A DNA stretch of 64,000 nucleotides from an uncultured Candidatus Saccharibacteria bacterium (GTDB lineage: Bacteria; Patescibacteriota; Minisyncoccia; Phycocordibacterales; DATGWK01), in assembly GCA_964492195.1 (NCBI GenBank), contig CAZBJL010000002.1, forward strand, positions 25,472-89,471. The letters run 5' to 3'. This document shows positions 9,694 to 17,303 of this stretch, one piece after another (positions within the stretch are counted from its first letter, which is position 1; every line of letters starts with the position of its first letter). Made by a program: the position numbers and the translations under genes. The notes under the pieces are model-generated. The model had not been told where the DNA came from. It saw only the letters and a list, made by a program, of their open reading frames with translations, and did not search any database.

Positions 9694-10920
9694 ATGTTTA
9701 AGAATTTTTTCTCAAGTTCCGCTTCTGGTGCTTCGACGGATGCCGGTATGATACACGAAATCCTCACTCGTGGCGTGGAGGAGATTTTTGTTAAGGAAAA
9801 TCTGGAAAAGCGTCTCCGATCAGGCAAAAAGCTCCGAATTAAGTTTGGAATTGATCCAACAGGCAAAAATATTCACCTCGGTAATGCAATTCCTCTTTTA
9901 AAACTCCGCGCATTTCAGAATCTTGGACACAAAGTTGTGTTGGTGGTGGGAGATTTTACAGCACAAATCGGCGACCCGTCCGACAAACTCGAAAAACGCC
10001 CAATGCTTACTGACGCGGATATTGCCCAAAACCTTATCGGATACAAAAAACAACTCGGAAAAATTATTGATTTGAAAAAAGCTGAAATCGTTCATAACAG
10101 TTCATGGCTTTCAAAACTTACATTTGAAGAAATTTGTCGCTTGGCGGAAAGTTTTTCTGTGCAACAGATGACAAATCGACGTAATTTTAAAGAGAGAATC
10201 GAAAATGGCACCGAAGTTTCGCTTCGAGAATTTCTATATCCGCTCATGCAGGGCTATGACTCCGTGATGACTCGGGCGGATGTTGAACTTGGTGGTTTCG
10301 ATCAATTGTTTAATCTAAAAGCAGGCCGAACGATTCAGAAACATTATGGAATGGTTGAGCAGGATATTGTCGCAGGCAAAATGCTTCTCGGTACTGACGG
10401 CAGAAAAATGTCGAAATCGTGGGGAAATACGATCAATGTCACCGACGAACCAAACCAAATGTTCGGCAAGGTGATGGCGATTCGAGATGAATTAATGCAG
10501 GATTATTTTTTGCTTTGCACAGATATGCCGCACGCTGATGCAGAAAAAATCGGTGCGCGAATCGAAACAGGGGAAAATCCTCGAGATCTCAAACTTGATC
10601 TCGCAGAACGAATCGTAACGTTGTACTGGGGTGTAAACGCTGCAAAAAAAGCTCGAACGGATTTCATTGAAACATTTAGTGAAAAGAAAATTCCAACAGA
10701 CATCAAAACGGTCCACGTAAATCCTGGCACGAAGCTTGTCGATGTCATTCTTTCCGAAAAACTTATTGAATCAAAAACAGAATGGCGAAGGTTGGTGGGT
10801 GAGGGAGCGGTGACTGATGCCGAAGCAGGGGTTGCTGTCACAGACGCAAACGGTGTCGCTGAAGGAAAAACATATCGGATCGGAAAGAGACGCTGGATAA
10901 AAATTGAAATAAAGAGTTAA
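9694..10920 (+). CDS. tyrS: tyrosyl-tRNA synthetase
   Basis: Class I HIGH (GIDPTGKNIHLGN), VVGDFTAQIGDPSDK, KMSKS; C-terminal S4-like domain; pattern matches TyrRS rather than TrpRS. Confidence 0.75.
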   Translation: MFKNFFSSSASGASTDAGMIHEILTRGVEEIFVKENLEKRLRSGKKLRIKFGIDPTGKNIHLGNAIPLLKLRAFQNLGHKVVLVVGDFTAQIGDPSDKLEKRPMLTDADIAQNLIGYKKQLGKIIDLKKAEIVHNSSWLSKLTFEEICRLAESFSVQQMTNRRNFKERIENGTEVSLREFLYPLMQGYDSVMTRADVELGGFDQLFNLKAGRTIQKHYGMVEQDIVAGKMLLGTDGRKMSKSWGNTINVTDEPNQMFGKVMAIRDELMQDYFLLCTDMPHADAEKIGARIETGENPRDLKLDLAERIVTLYWGVNAAKKARTDFIETFSEKKIPTDIKTVHVNPGTKLVDVILSEKLIESKTEWRRLVGEGAVTDAEAGVAVTDANGVAEGKTYRIGKRRWIKIEIKS

Positions 10921-10926
10921 TAAAAA

Positions 10927-10948
10927 CCCCGCACTCTGCGGGGTTTTT
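10927..10948. terminator. bidirectional rho-independent terminator
   Basis: ccccgcactctgcgggg hairpin flanked by A-run and T-run, between convergent tyrS and small acidic ORF. Confidence 0.6.
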
Positions 10949-10950
10949 AA

Positions 10951-11085
10951 CTACATATCTTTTTCCTCTTCTTCTACGGGGAGATCTTCTCCTTCGACGT
11001 GCATACCACTTGCAGTGAGTTCGTCCTCACCGTCGTTGTCTAAGCCGTCGTCGTAGACTTCCATTGCATCACGCGTATCCTCCAT
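10951..11085 (-). CDS. small acidic protein (44 aa), hypothetical
   Basis: Hand-translated MEDTRDAMEVYDDGLDNDGEDELTASGMHVEGEDLPVEEEEKDM; may be co-transcribed downstream of ruvC. Confidence 0.25.
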   Translation of the reverse strand: MEDTRDAMEVYDDGLDNDGEDELTASGMHVEGEDLPVEEEEKDM

Positions 11086-11189
11086 GTTTATTTTGAAAAA
11101 ATTTACTTTTATAATTTACAAACTATGTTGCCCCCATGTTGTATCAAATTTAAAAAAACTTGGCAAGAAAAAACACATGTTTTTGTCGA

Positions 11190-11693
11190 TTATTGCTTTG
11201 CAAATTTGCTGTGACGACACGCAAGGTGAGTGAGTCCGACGGCGATTGCATCGTACTCGTCGTCTAGCTTTGGTTTTTTCTCCATCTTGATGAGCCGGGA
11301 AACCATGTCGGTGACGTGAGTTTTGTCGCTTCGGCCGTAGCCTGTGACCGCAACTTTTACTTCTATTGGTTTGTAGTAAAAAACTTCTACGGCAGAGCGC
11401 GTGGCTTCATAAATAATGACCCCGAGAGCTTGGGAAACGAGGAGGGCGGTCGTTTGGTTTTTACTAAAGAAAAGCTCTTCGATAGCGAGGGAATGAGGCG
11501 ACCATTCTTGTATGAGCTTTGAAATCGTTTCGCCTACAATACCAAGTCGTTTTTCGTGCACATTTTTTCGGTCGGTGGTGATGCAGTCAGAAAAAAGGAG
11601 AGTTGATTTGCCGTTTTCTTCTTTTATCACTGCAACGCCAAGTCTGTCATAGCCCGGGTCGATAGCGAGAACAATATGCTCGGAATGTTTCAT
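11190..11693 (-). CDS. ruvC: crossover junction endodeoxyribonuclease RuvC
   Basis: IVLAIDPGYDRLGVAV start, RNase H-like fold, catalytic D/E positions; 4-nt overlap with upstream yebC. Confidence 0.85.
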   Translation of the reverse strand: MKHSEHIVLAIDPGYDRLGVAVIKEENGKSTLLFSDCITTDRKNVHEKRLGIVGETISKLIQEWSPHSLAIEELFFSKNQTTALLVSQALGVIIYEATRSAVEVFYYKPIEVKVAVTGYGRSDKTHVTDMVSRLIKMEKKPKLDDEYDAIAVGLTHLACRHSKFAKQ

Positions 11694-12217
11694 TCGGCAT
11701 TAGTATACACCGCTTGAACATCGTCATTTTCTTCGAGTTCGGTGATGAGTTGGTCGAGTTTTGCTACGTCTTCGTCCGCAAGTTCCATTGTTGTGTTTGG
11801 TTTCCAGCCTTCAGCGGATTTTTCAAATGCCCACGATGCTGCGCCCATGCCGGCGAGTTCGTAGCCGTTTCGAGAAAGAATGTGTTTTATTTCTTGCACC
11901 GCTTTATTTTTGTTGTCGGTAAGTGTGTCGATGATGAGCGCGCATCCGCCGGGGCCGTAGGCTTCGTACATTGCGGACTCCATGACTGTGGAATTGTCTG
12001 TTGATTTTTTTACTGCGCGGTCGATGCTGTCGTTTGGCATATTGATAGCTCGCGCACGGTCGATGATTGCTTTGAGCGTGGGGCTATTTTTGTCGCCTCC
12101 AACTTTTTTCGCTTCGACGGTAATGAGTCGAGAAAATTTTGAAAAGGCTTTGCTTTTTTGAGCATCTGTTTTTCCTTTCTGTCTTTTGATTTGCGCCCAT
12201 TTATTATGTCCGGCCAT
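11690..12217 (-). CDS. YebC/PmpR-family regulator, shortened (internal domain missing)
   Basis: MAGHNKWAQIKRQKG... N-terminus and DDVQAVYTNAE C-terminus match YebC, but 175 aa versus about 245 aa. Confidence 0.75.
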   Translation of the reverse strand: MAGHNKWAQIKRQKGKTDAQKSKAFSKFSRLITVEAKKVGGDKNSPTLKAIIDRARAINMPNDSIDRAVKKSTDNSTVMESAMYEAYGPGGCALIIDTLTDNKNKAVQEIKHILSRNGYELAGMGAASWAFEKSAEGWKPNTTMELADEDVAKLDQLITELEENDDVQAVYTNAE

Positions 12218-12340
12218 AGTGGTTTATATAGTAATGGAAGGAAAAATCGAGGGCAAGCGCGAGGAAAATATGTTGACACTGCCATGCCAATAACCGATAC
12301 TTTCCGCAGATCATCGTACACATTCAAAAAGGAGGTAAAA

Positions 12341-12808
12341 ATGTCACACACCGATTTCCCGTCAATTTGCACTGCCTCTACCCATGTGGCAGTTGTCGTG
12401 TGTGTCACGACATTTTTTGAGAGAGTGCTCAACAACGAAACGACGAGTTCAGTACCCGAAGCGGCACTTTTTGCCCTCAAGGAGCGGTTTTTCAATCCCG
12501 TCCTCGATGGAGTTCTGATCGGCCGTGGTCATGTGAAGAAGGGTGCAGATCACGGGTTTGCAATTCAAAATTACGGAATTGCGTTCCGCGTGTTCCAGGC
12601 TCTCACCCCATGTAGATCGCAGGCCCAGATCGAGAAGGACATTGAGCCGAAGATCGAGCTGTATTCGAGCCTTACCGAGAAAGCCCGCAAAGGACTGCTG
12701 AACCTGAAGGATGCGTGCACTCTCAAAGATCTCAATGAAATGCGTTTGTTTTTGCGAGAGCTCGCAAAGCAAGGAGGAGCACATCGGCTTTCGTGTGGAG
12801 GATCCTAG
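12341..12808 (+). CDS. hypothetical protein (GC-rich insert)
   Basis: Strong SD aaaaggaggtaaaaATG; local GC about 52% versus about 40% in neighbours; followed by terminator. Confidence 0.45.
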   Translation: MSHTDFPSICTASTHVAVVVCVTTFFERVLNNETTSSVPEAALFALKERFFNPVLDGVLIGRGHVKKGADHGFAIQNYGIAFRVFQALTPCRSQAQIEKDIEPKIELYSSLTEKARKGLLNLKDACTLKDLNEMRLFLRELAKQGGAHRLSCGGS

Positions 12809-12815
12809 AAAACAA

Positions 12816-12846
12816 AGACCGTTCGAGTGGACGGTCTTTTATTTTG
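12816..12846 (+). terminator. rho-independent terminator
   Basis: agaccgttcgagtggacggtct hairpin + tttatttt. Confidence 0.5.
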
Positions 12847-12927
12847 CTTCAATACTTTACAAACATGTTTTAATGTGATATTTATATTGCAGATCATAGA
12901 GGCAACACACAACACAGGAGGTGAATT

Positions 12928-13404
12928 TTGGAAGATCTGCTTACCAGAGAAGATCGGCACGAGAGGGAGAGGTCGATAAGTGGAGAGATGAAGGTATTCT
13001 TGGATCGCTTGAAAAATAGGGCCTTGCTTCAACACGGAGAGAGTTTGCAGATAAAGGTTGTTCCGCAGCAAGGCCCTGATATGTTTGTGTACACAACAAT
13101 TACTCCTCCGGGTCCGCTGTTAAGGACTGAAAATCCTAATTCTTACTCAAAATTTACAGGGAAGGTTCTTACCGAGGAGGACTGGACCATAATCCTCAAC
13201 CTGCCATGGCGAAAACAAGCGACGTTGGTGAGGGAACTGAAAGACAGAAAGAACAACCCACCAAAAAAGAGAGAAATTACCCTTGCTGTGGTTGGAAGCA
13301 TCAACCGCACTTTTAGGAATAATAAATCTCCCTATCGCCTCCGAGTGTCTCAACGCAGTAGGGATTCAGAAGAAGGTCACTACGCAATCGTTCATGTTTC
13401 GTGA
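12928..13404 (+). CDS. hypothetical protein (TTG start; GC-rich insert)
   Basis: SD aggaggtg 4 nt before TTG; 158 aa; own terminator. Confidence 0.4.
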   Translation: MEDLLTREDRHERERSISGEMKVFLDRLKNRALLQHGESLQIKVVPQQGPDMFVYTTITPPGPLLRTENPNSYSKFTGKVLTEEDWTIILNLPWRKQATLVRELKDRKNNPPKKREITLAVVGSINRTFRNNKSPYRLRVSQRSRDSEEGHYAIVHVS

Positions 13405-13410
13405 TTCCCA

Positions 13411-13439
13411 AGCCCGTCCGAAAGGTCGGGCTTTTTTTA
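13411..13439. terminator. bidirectional terminator (hairpin with GAAA loop + T7)
   Basis: gcccgtccgaaaggtcgggc + ttttttt; overlaps the ruvB stop codon on the other strand. Confidence 0.5.
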
Positions 13440-14465
13440 TAGCAACGCCCCTCGTTCGTGTGGTGGAGAATCGATATGTTTGTACGCAGCGTCAGTTGCA
13501 ATGCGGCCGCGGGGAGTGCGTTCGATGAAACCAATCTGTAAAAGGTACGGTTCGTTAAATTCTTCGACGGTTGCTTCTTCTTCGGAAAGGGAAGCGGAAA
13601 GGGTGTTGAGCCCAACGGGGCCGCCTTTGAATTTTTTAATAATTGTTTCGAGAATTGATCGGTCAGATTGAGTGAGACCCATTTCATCGACTCCGAGGAG
13701 ACGAAGAGCTTCGTCGACAGATTTTTTGTCGAGTGGACGTTTGTGGATCTGGGCATAGTCACGGCATCGCTTCAAAAGATAATTCGCTGTACGTGGTGTG
13801 AATCGGCTTCGTTTTGCAATTTCTTTTATTGCGCCGTCATCACTTTCTACGCCAAGAATTTTCGCCGAGCGACGAACAATTTTTTCAATTTCGGCGTCAG
13901 TGTAAAATTCGAGTCGGAAAATACCGCCAGAGAAACGACTTCGAAGCGGAGCAGAAATCATGGCGATGCGTGTTGTTGCAGCGACGAGTGTAAACGGCGC
14001 GAGCTCAAGTTGAATCGTGCGCGCTGAAGGCCCTTTACCAATAACGATATCGAGTTGGCCAGTTTCCATTGCAGGGTAGAGGACTTCCTCGATCGCTTTG
14101 TTGAGGCGATGGATTTCGTCGATGAAAAGTAGATCTCCGGGTGCGAGGTTTGTAAGGATAGATGCAAGATCGCCAACTTTTTCTATTGCAGGGCCAGACG
14201 TAACTTTTATTTGCGTGTTGGACTCTTTGGCGATGAGGTGGGCGAGCGTCGTCTTACCGAGGCCTGGCGGGCCGTAAAAAAGAATGTGTTCTGGTGGATG
14301 GTTTCGACCCTTTGCAGCAGACAGAAGAATTTTTAAATTTTCTTTTATAGAATGCTGACCAATGTATTCATCAAAATTCTGCGGACGCAGTGTGAGATCA
14401 AGAAAAGAAGTTTCTTTTTTTGTTTCTTCGGTAATCTCGTTTTCTTCGTTCTGAATTTTTGACAT
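13437..14465 (-). CDS. ruvB: Holliday junction branch migration helicase RuvB
   Basis: Walker A GPPGLGKTTLAHLIA, Walker B DEIHRL, sensor 2 and winged-helix C-terminus. Confidence 0.9.
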   Translation of the reverse strand: MSKIQNEENEITEETKKETSFLDLTLRPQNFDEYIGQHSIKENLKILLSAAKGRNHPPEHILFYGPPGLGKTTLAHLIAKESNTQIKVTSGPAIEKVGDLASILTNLAPGDLLFIDEIHRLNKAIEEVLYPAMETGQLDIVIGKGPSARTIQLELAPFTLVAATTRIAMISAPLRSRFSGGIFRLEFYTDAEIEKIVRRSAKILGVESDDGAIKEIAKRSRFTPRTANYLLKRCRDYAQIHKRPLDKKSVDEALRLLGVDEMGLTQSDRSILETIIKKFKGGPVGLNTLSASLSEEEATVEEFNEPYLLQIGFIERTPRGRIATDAAYKHIDSPPHERGALL

Positions 14466-14476
14466 ATTGTTTGAGT

Positions 14477-16159
14477 TTAGAAAACCGGGAGATCAAGCAC
14501 TCGCACAAGTTCTTCTATCGTCGTGACTCCGGTGAGGACTTTGAGTATTCCGTCTTGATTCATGTCGAGGATATTTTGCGCAGCTGAAGCTTTTTTTACT
14601 TCGCGTTCGCTTGGGCTATTTTCCACAACTTCTTCGATGACTGCATCGCTCAATATCGCTTCAAAGATTCCGATTCGGCCTTTGTAGCCGGTATTATGGC
14701 ATTTGTCACAGCCGGCAGCTACCCACATATTTTTTGTTTGAACTCCGTCGGTGTATGTTTTGTCAGTAATTGTTCCTAACACCATATCGACAAGCTTTCT
14801 GTCGGTGTTTTTTATTTCCGTTTCCTTTTTACAGATCGGGCAGAGCTTTCGGACGAGTCGTTGAGCCATCGCAATGCTCAAAGACGACGTAATAACTTTG
14901 GGATTTACACCGAGGTCGATGAGGCGGGGGAACGTGCCGGCTGCGTTGTTAGTGTGAAGTGTTGAAAAGACCAAATGGCCAGTGAGTGCGGCGTTAATCG
15001 CGATCTCGGCAGTTTCATTGTCGCGAATTTCACCAACCATGATGACATCAGGGTCTTGGCGGAGCGCTGAACGCAATCCTTCGAGGAAGGTGTAGCCTTT
15101 TTCGGAATCAGTTTGGGTTTGGACGATGCCGGGCAAATGATATTCGATCGGATTTTCTATGGTGATTATTTTTATTTCCGGCGAATGAATTTTTTTCATG
15201 AACGCGTAGAGTGTTGTTGTTTTTCCGGAACCTGTTGGGCCGGTATTCAAAATCATGCCGTTTGGTTTTTTGATTTCGTGTTCGAGGATTTTGAGAAGGC
15301 GCGGATGAATGCCGAGTTCTTCGAGAGGAACTGCAATGGAATCGGGGTTCAAAATTCGAAGTACAATTGTGTCGTTGTAGGCACCTGGCAAAAGGGACGT
15401 TCGGATTTCAACTTCGCTGTCTTCGTACTTGATGCTGAAGCGTCCGTCTTGCGCTTTGCCTTTTGTGTTTAGTTTTAAATTAGAAAGGAGTTTGATGCGC
15501 GACAAAAGAAGGTTGTACGTGTCTGGGTCGAGACCAATGATGTTGGTGAGGATACCGTCGAGACGATAGCGCAAACCAACGTGCATTTCTTCTGGTTCAA
15601 AATGAATGTCTGATGCTCCAGTTGAAAGTGCTCCGGCAATAATGATTTCAAAAAGGCGAGAAATTCTGTAAATCTTTTTTGAAGCCAAAATTTCTTTAAT
15701 GAGTGCGGTGATGTCTGGGATACTTTGGACTTTTTTTGTGAAATCAACAATTTCTTCGTTGGAAATAGTGAGCGCGCCGCCTTTTGTTTCAAAAGAATAT
15801 GAAAGATCTTTGTAGCGTTCCCAGACTTTTTTCAAACTTTCCATTGAAACGAGAAATAGTATCGGCTCGTAATTTCGATTTTTCAAATCCTCAATGACGT
15901 CGATTGTTGCGGGGTTTTTTGGTGACAAAATGCCGAGTCGAACTTTTTTGTCGACCATGTGAAATGGTGCCACGTTCGCAGCTCGAGCCACGTCTTCTTT
16001 AATAATACGAAGCGCATCAATGTTTACCGGATAAATCGTGAGGTCGAGGTAGGGTAGGGCGTATTTTGCCGAAAGGATTTTGGTGAGATTTTCAGCTTCG
16101 AGTTTTTTGAGCTCGTCGATCCGATCATTTTGTTTTTGCTCATCAAATTCAAGGGCCAT
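14477..16159 (-). CDS. pilB: type II secretion / type IV pilus assembly ATPase (GspE/PilB family)
   Basis: Walker A TGPTGSGKTTTLYA, Asp/His boxes, C-terminal tetracysteine (CPICKK...CDKCHNTGYKGRIGIFE). Confidence 0.85.
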   Translation of the reverse strand: MALEFDEQKQNDRIDELKKLEAENLTKILSAKYALPYLDLTIYPVNIDALRIIKEDVARAANVAPFHMVDKKVRLGILSPKNPATIDVIEDLKNRNYEPILFLVSMESLKKVWERYKDLSYSFETKGGALTISNEEIVDFTKKVQSIPDITALIKEILASKKIYRISRLFEIIIAGALSTGASDIHFEPEEMHVGLRYRLDGILTNIIGLDPDTYNLLLSRIKLLSNLKLNTKGKAQDGRFSIKYEDSEVEIRTSLLPGAYNDTIVLRILNPDSIAVPLEELGIHPRLLKILEHEIKKPNGMILNTGPTGSGKTTTLYAFMKKIHSPEIKIITIENPIEYHLPGIVQTQTDSEKGYTFLEGLRSALRQDPDVIMVGEIRDNETAEIAINAALTGHLVFSTLHTNNAAGTFPRLIDLGVNPKVITSSLSIAMAQRLVRKLCPICKKETEIKNTDRKLVDMVLGTITDKTYTDGVQTKNMWVAAGCDKCHNTGYKGRIGIFEAILSDAVIEEVVENSPSEREVKKASAAQNILDMNQDGILKVLTGVTTIEELVRVLDLPVF

Positions 16160-16303
16160 ATGACATAAGTATATTGTCGGAAGCCTGTTTTCACAATGAA
16201 TTGCTGGTCTGTTTTTGGCTGTTCAAGCATTTGACTAATCACTTTATTTATGATAATATAAATAGAGAGTTCCATACACAAAATTTCACTAGGGAGAATT
16301 GAT

Positions 16304-16771
16304 ATGAAGTGCCTTGCCGTATTGTTTTGTCTGATTGTTTTCTCTGTTACTGGTTGTGGCCCAAGTCATGGCTACGTCCGTACAGGGAATCATGTGCTCG
16401 TGAGCTACGACGATTCCAATACGGTTGTTGTGAAGAACAACATCGGTGGTGCGGTTCTCACAAACCTCTCCGTTGGAGGCAACACAGTTGCTTTCGAAGG
16501 TAGCGGGGGTACAATCAAGCAAATCGAGCTTACTACTGGCCAGGAAATTTCAGTCGGCCTTGGGTATACCGGTCAGTATTCAAACTGGTATATCGAGGTT
16601 AAGGCCGACGTCTACGACCTTTCCGGACAGTACCTCGGTTTGGCTGTGAAGGAGATTCCGCTCCGACACAGCTGGAATGGAAATGGCTACGGATACACCG
16701 AGCTCGTCTCGAAGCTCTGCGTCATCGACGCCTTCAAGCCGGTGCGAAGTATCGAGAAGTCAAAATATTAG
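16304..16771 (+). CDS. putative lipoprotein, hypothetical (GC-rich)
   Basis: Lipobox FSVTGC after signal peptide; -35/-10-like ttgact-17-taatat upstream; followed by hairpin + T-run. Confidence 0.5.
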   Translation: MKCLAVLFCLIVFSVTGCGPSHGYVRTGNHVLVSYDDSNTVVVKNNIGGAVLTNLSVGGNTVAFEGSGGTIKQIELTTGQEISVGLGYTGQYSNWYIEVKADVYDLSGQYLGLAVKEIPLRHSWNGNGYGYTELVSKLCVIDAFKPVRSIEKSKY

Positions 16772-16859
16772 CTCCTTTGTGAAGCCCGTCTGGTCTCTGC
16801 TTATGTAAATGGCAGAACCAGGCGGGTTTTTTATTTGTGTCGCATGTTACAATCACCCC

Positions 16860-17303
16860 ATGAATTCCGCTCCGCTTAAAATTTCCGAGACTCAAAATAT
16901 GGCCCAAAACCTACTCCAGCGCGTGGCTAACGTTTCTCGGGCGGGAGCGCTCGTGGTCGGCCTTTTTGGCGATTTGGGTGCTGGCAAGACTACATTTATG
17001 CAGTTTTTCGGTGCTTCTCTGGGCGTAAAAGAAAAAATACTAAGCCCAACGTTTGTTATTGAAAAAATCTACAAAATTGATCATGCGGATTTTGATCACC
17101 TCATTCACATCGACGCGTATCGTCTCGAAAATTCAAAAGAATTGCTTAATTTAGGTTGGGAAGAAATCGTTGCAAATCCGCGCAATATCATTTGTGTTGA
17201 ATGGGCAGATAAAATTGCTGATTTACTTCCGCGTGGTTACGTTTCACTTCGTTTCAGCCATCACGACGAAGAAAGTCGTCGCATAACTCTCGACAATGTC
17301 TGA
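16860..17303 (+). CDS. tsaE: tRNA threonylcarbamoyladenosine biosynthesis ATPase TsaE
   Basis: P-loop GDLGAGKTTFMQ, about 150 aa; start placed at MNSAPLK because the longer ORF would overlap the upstream terminator. Confidence 0.65.
   Translation: MNSAPLKISETQNMAQNLLQRVANVSRAGALVVGLFGDLGAGKTTFMQFFGASLGVKEKILSPTFVIEKIYKIDHADFDHLIHIDAYRLENSKELLNLGWEEIVANPRNIICVEWADKIADLLPRGYVSLRFSHHDEESRRITLDNV

Noticed and set aside
12010-12495. 161-aa minus-strand ORF
   Set aside because: Overlaps yebC in another frame and the SD-led + strand gene; no support.
16809-16859. Longer N-terminus for tsaE (MAEPGGFFICVACYNHP...)
   Set aside because: Would overlap the upstream terminator hairpin; the internal ATG at 16860 gives a typical TsaE length.
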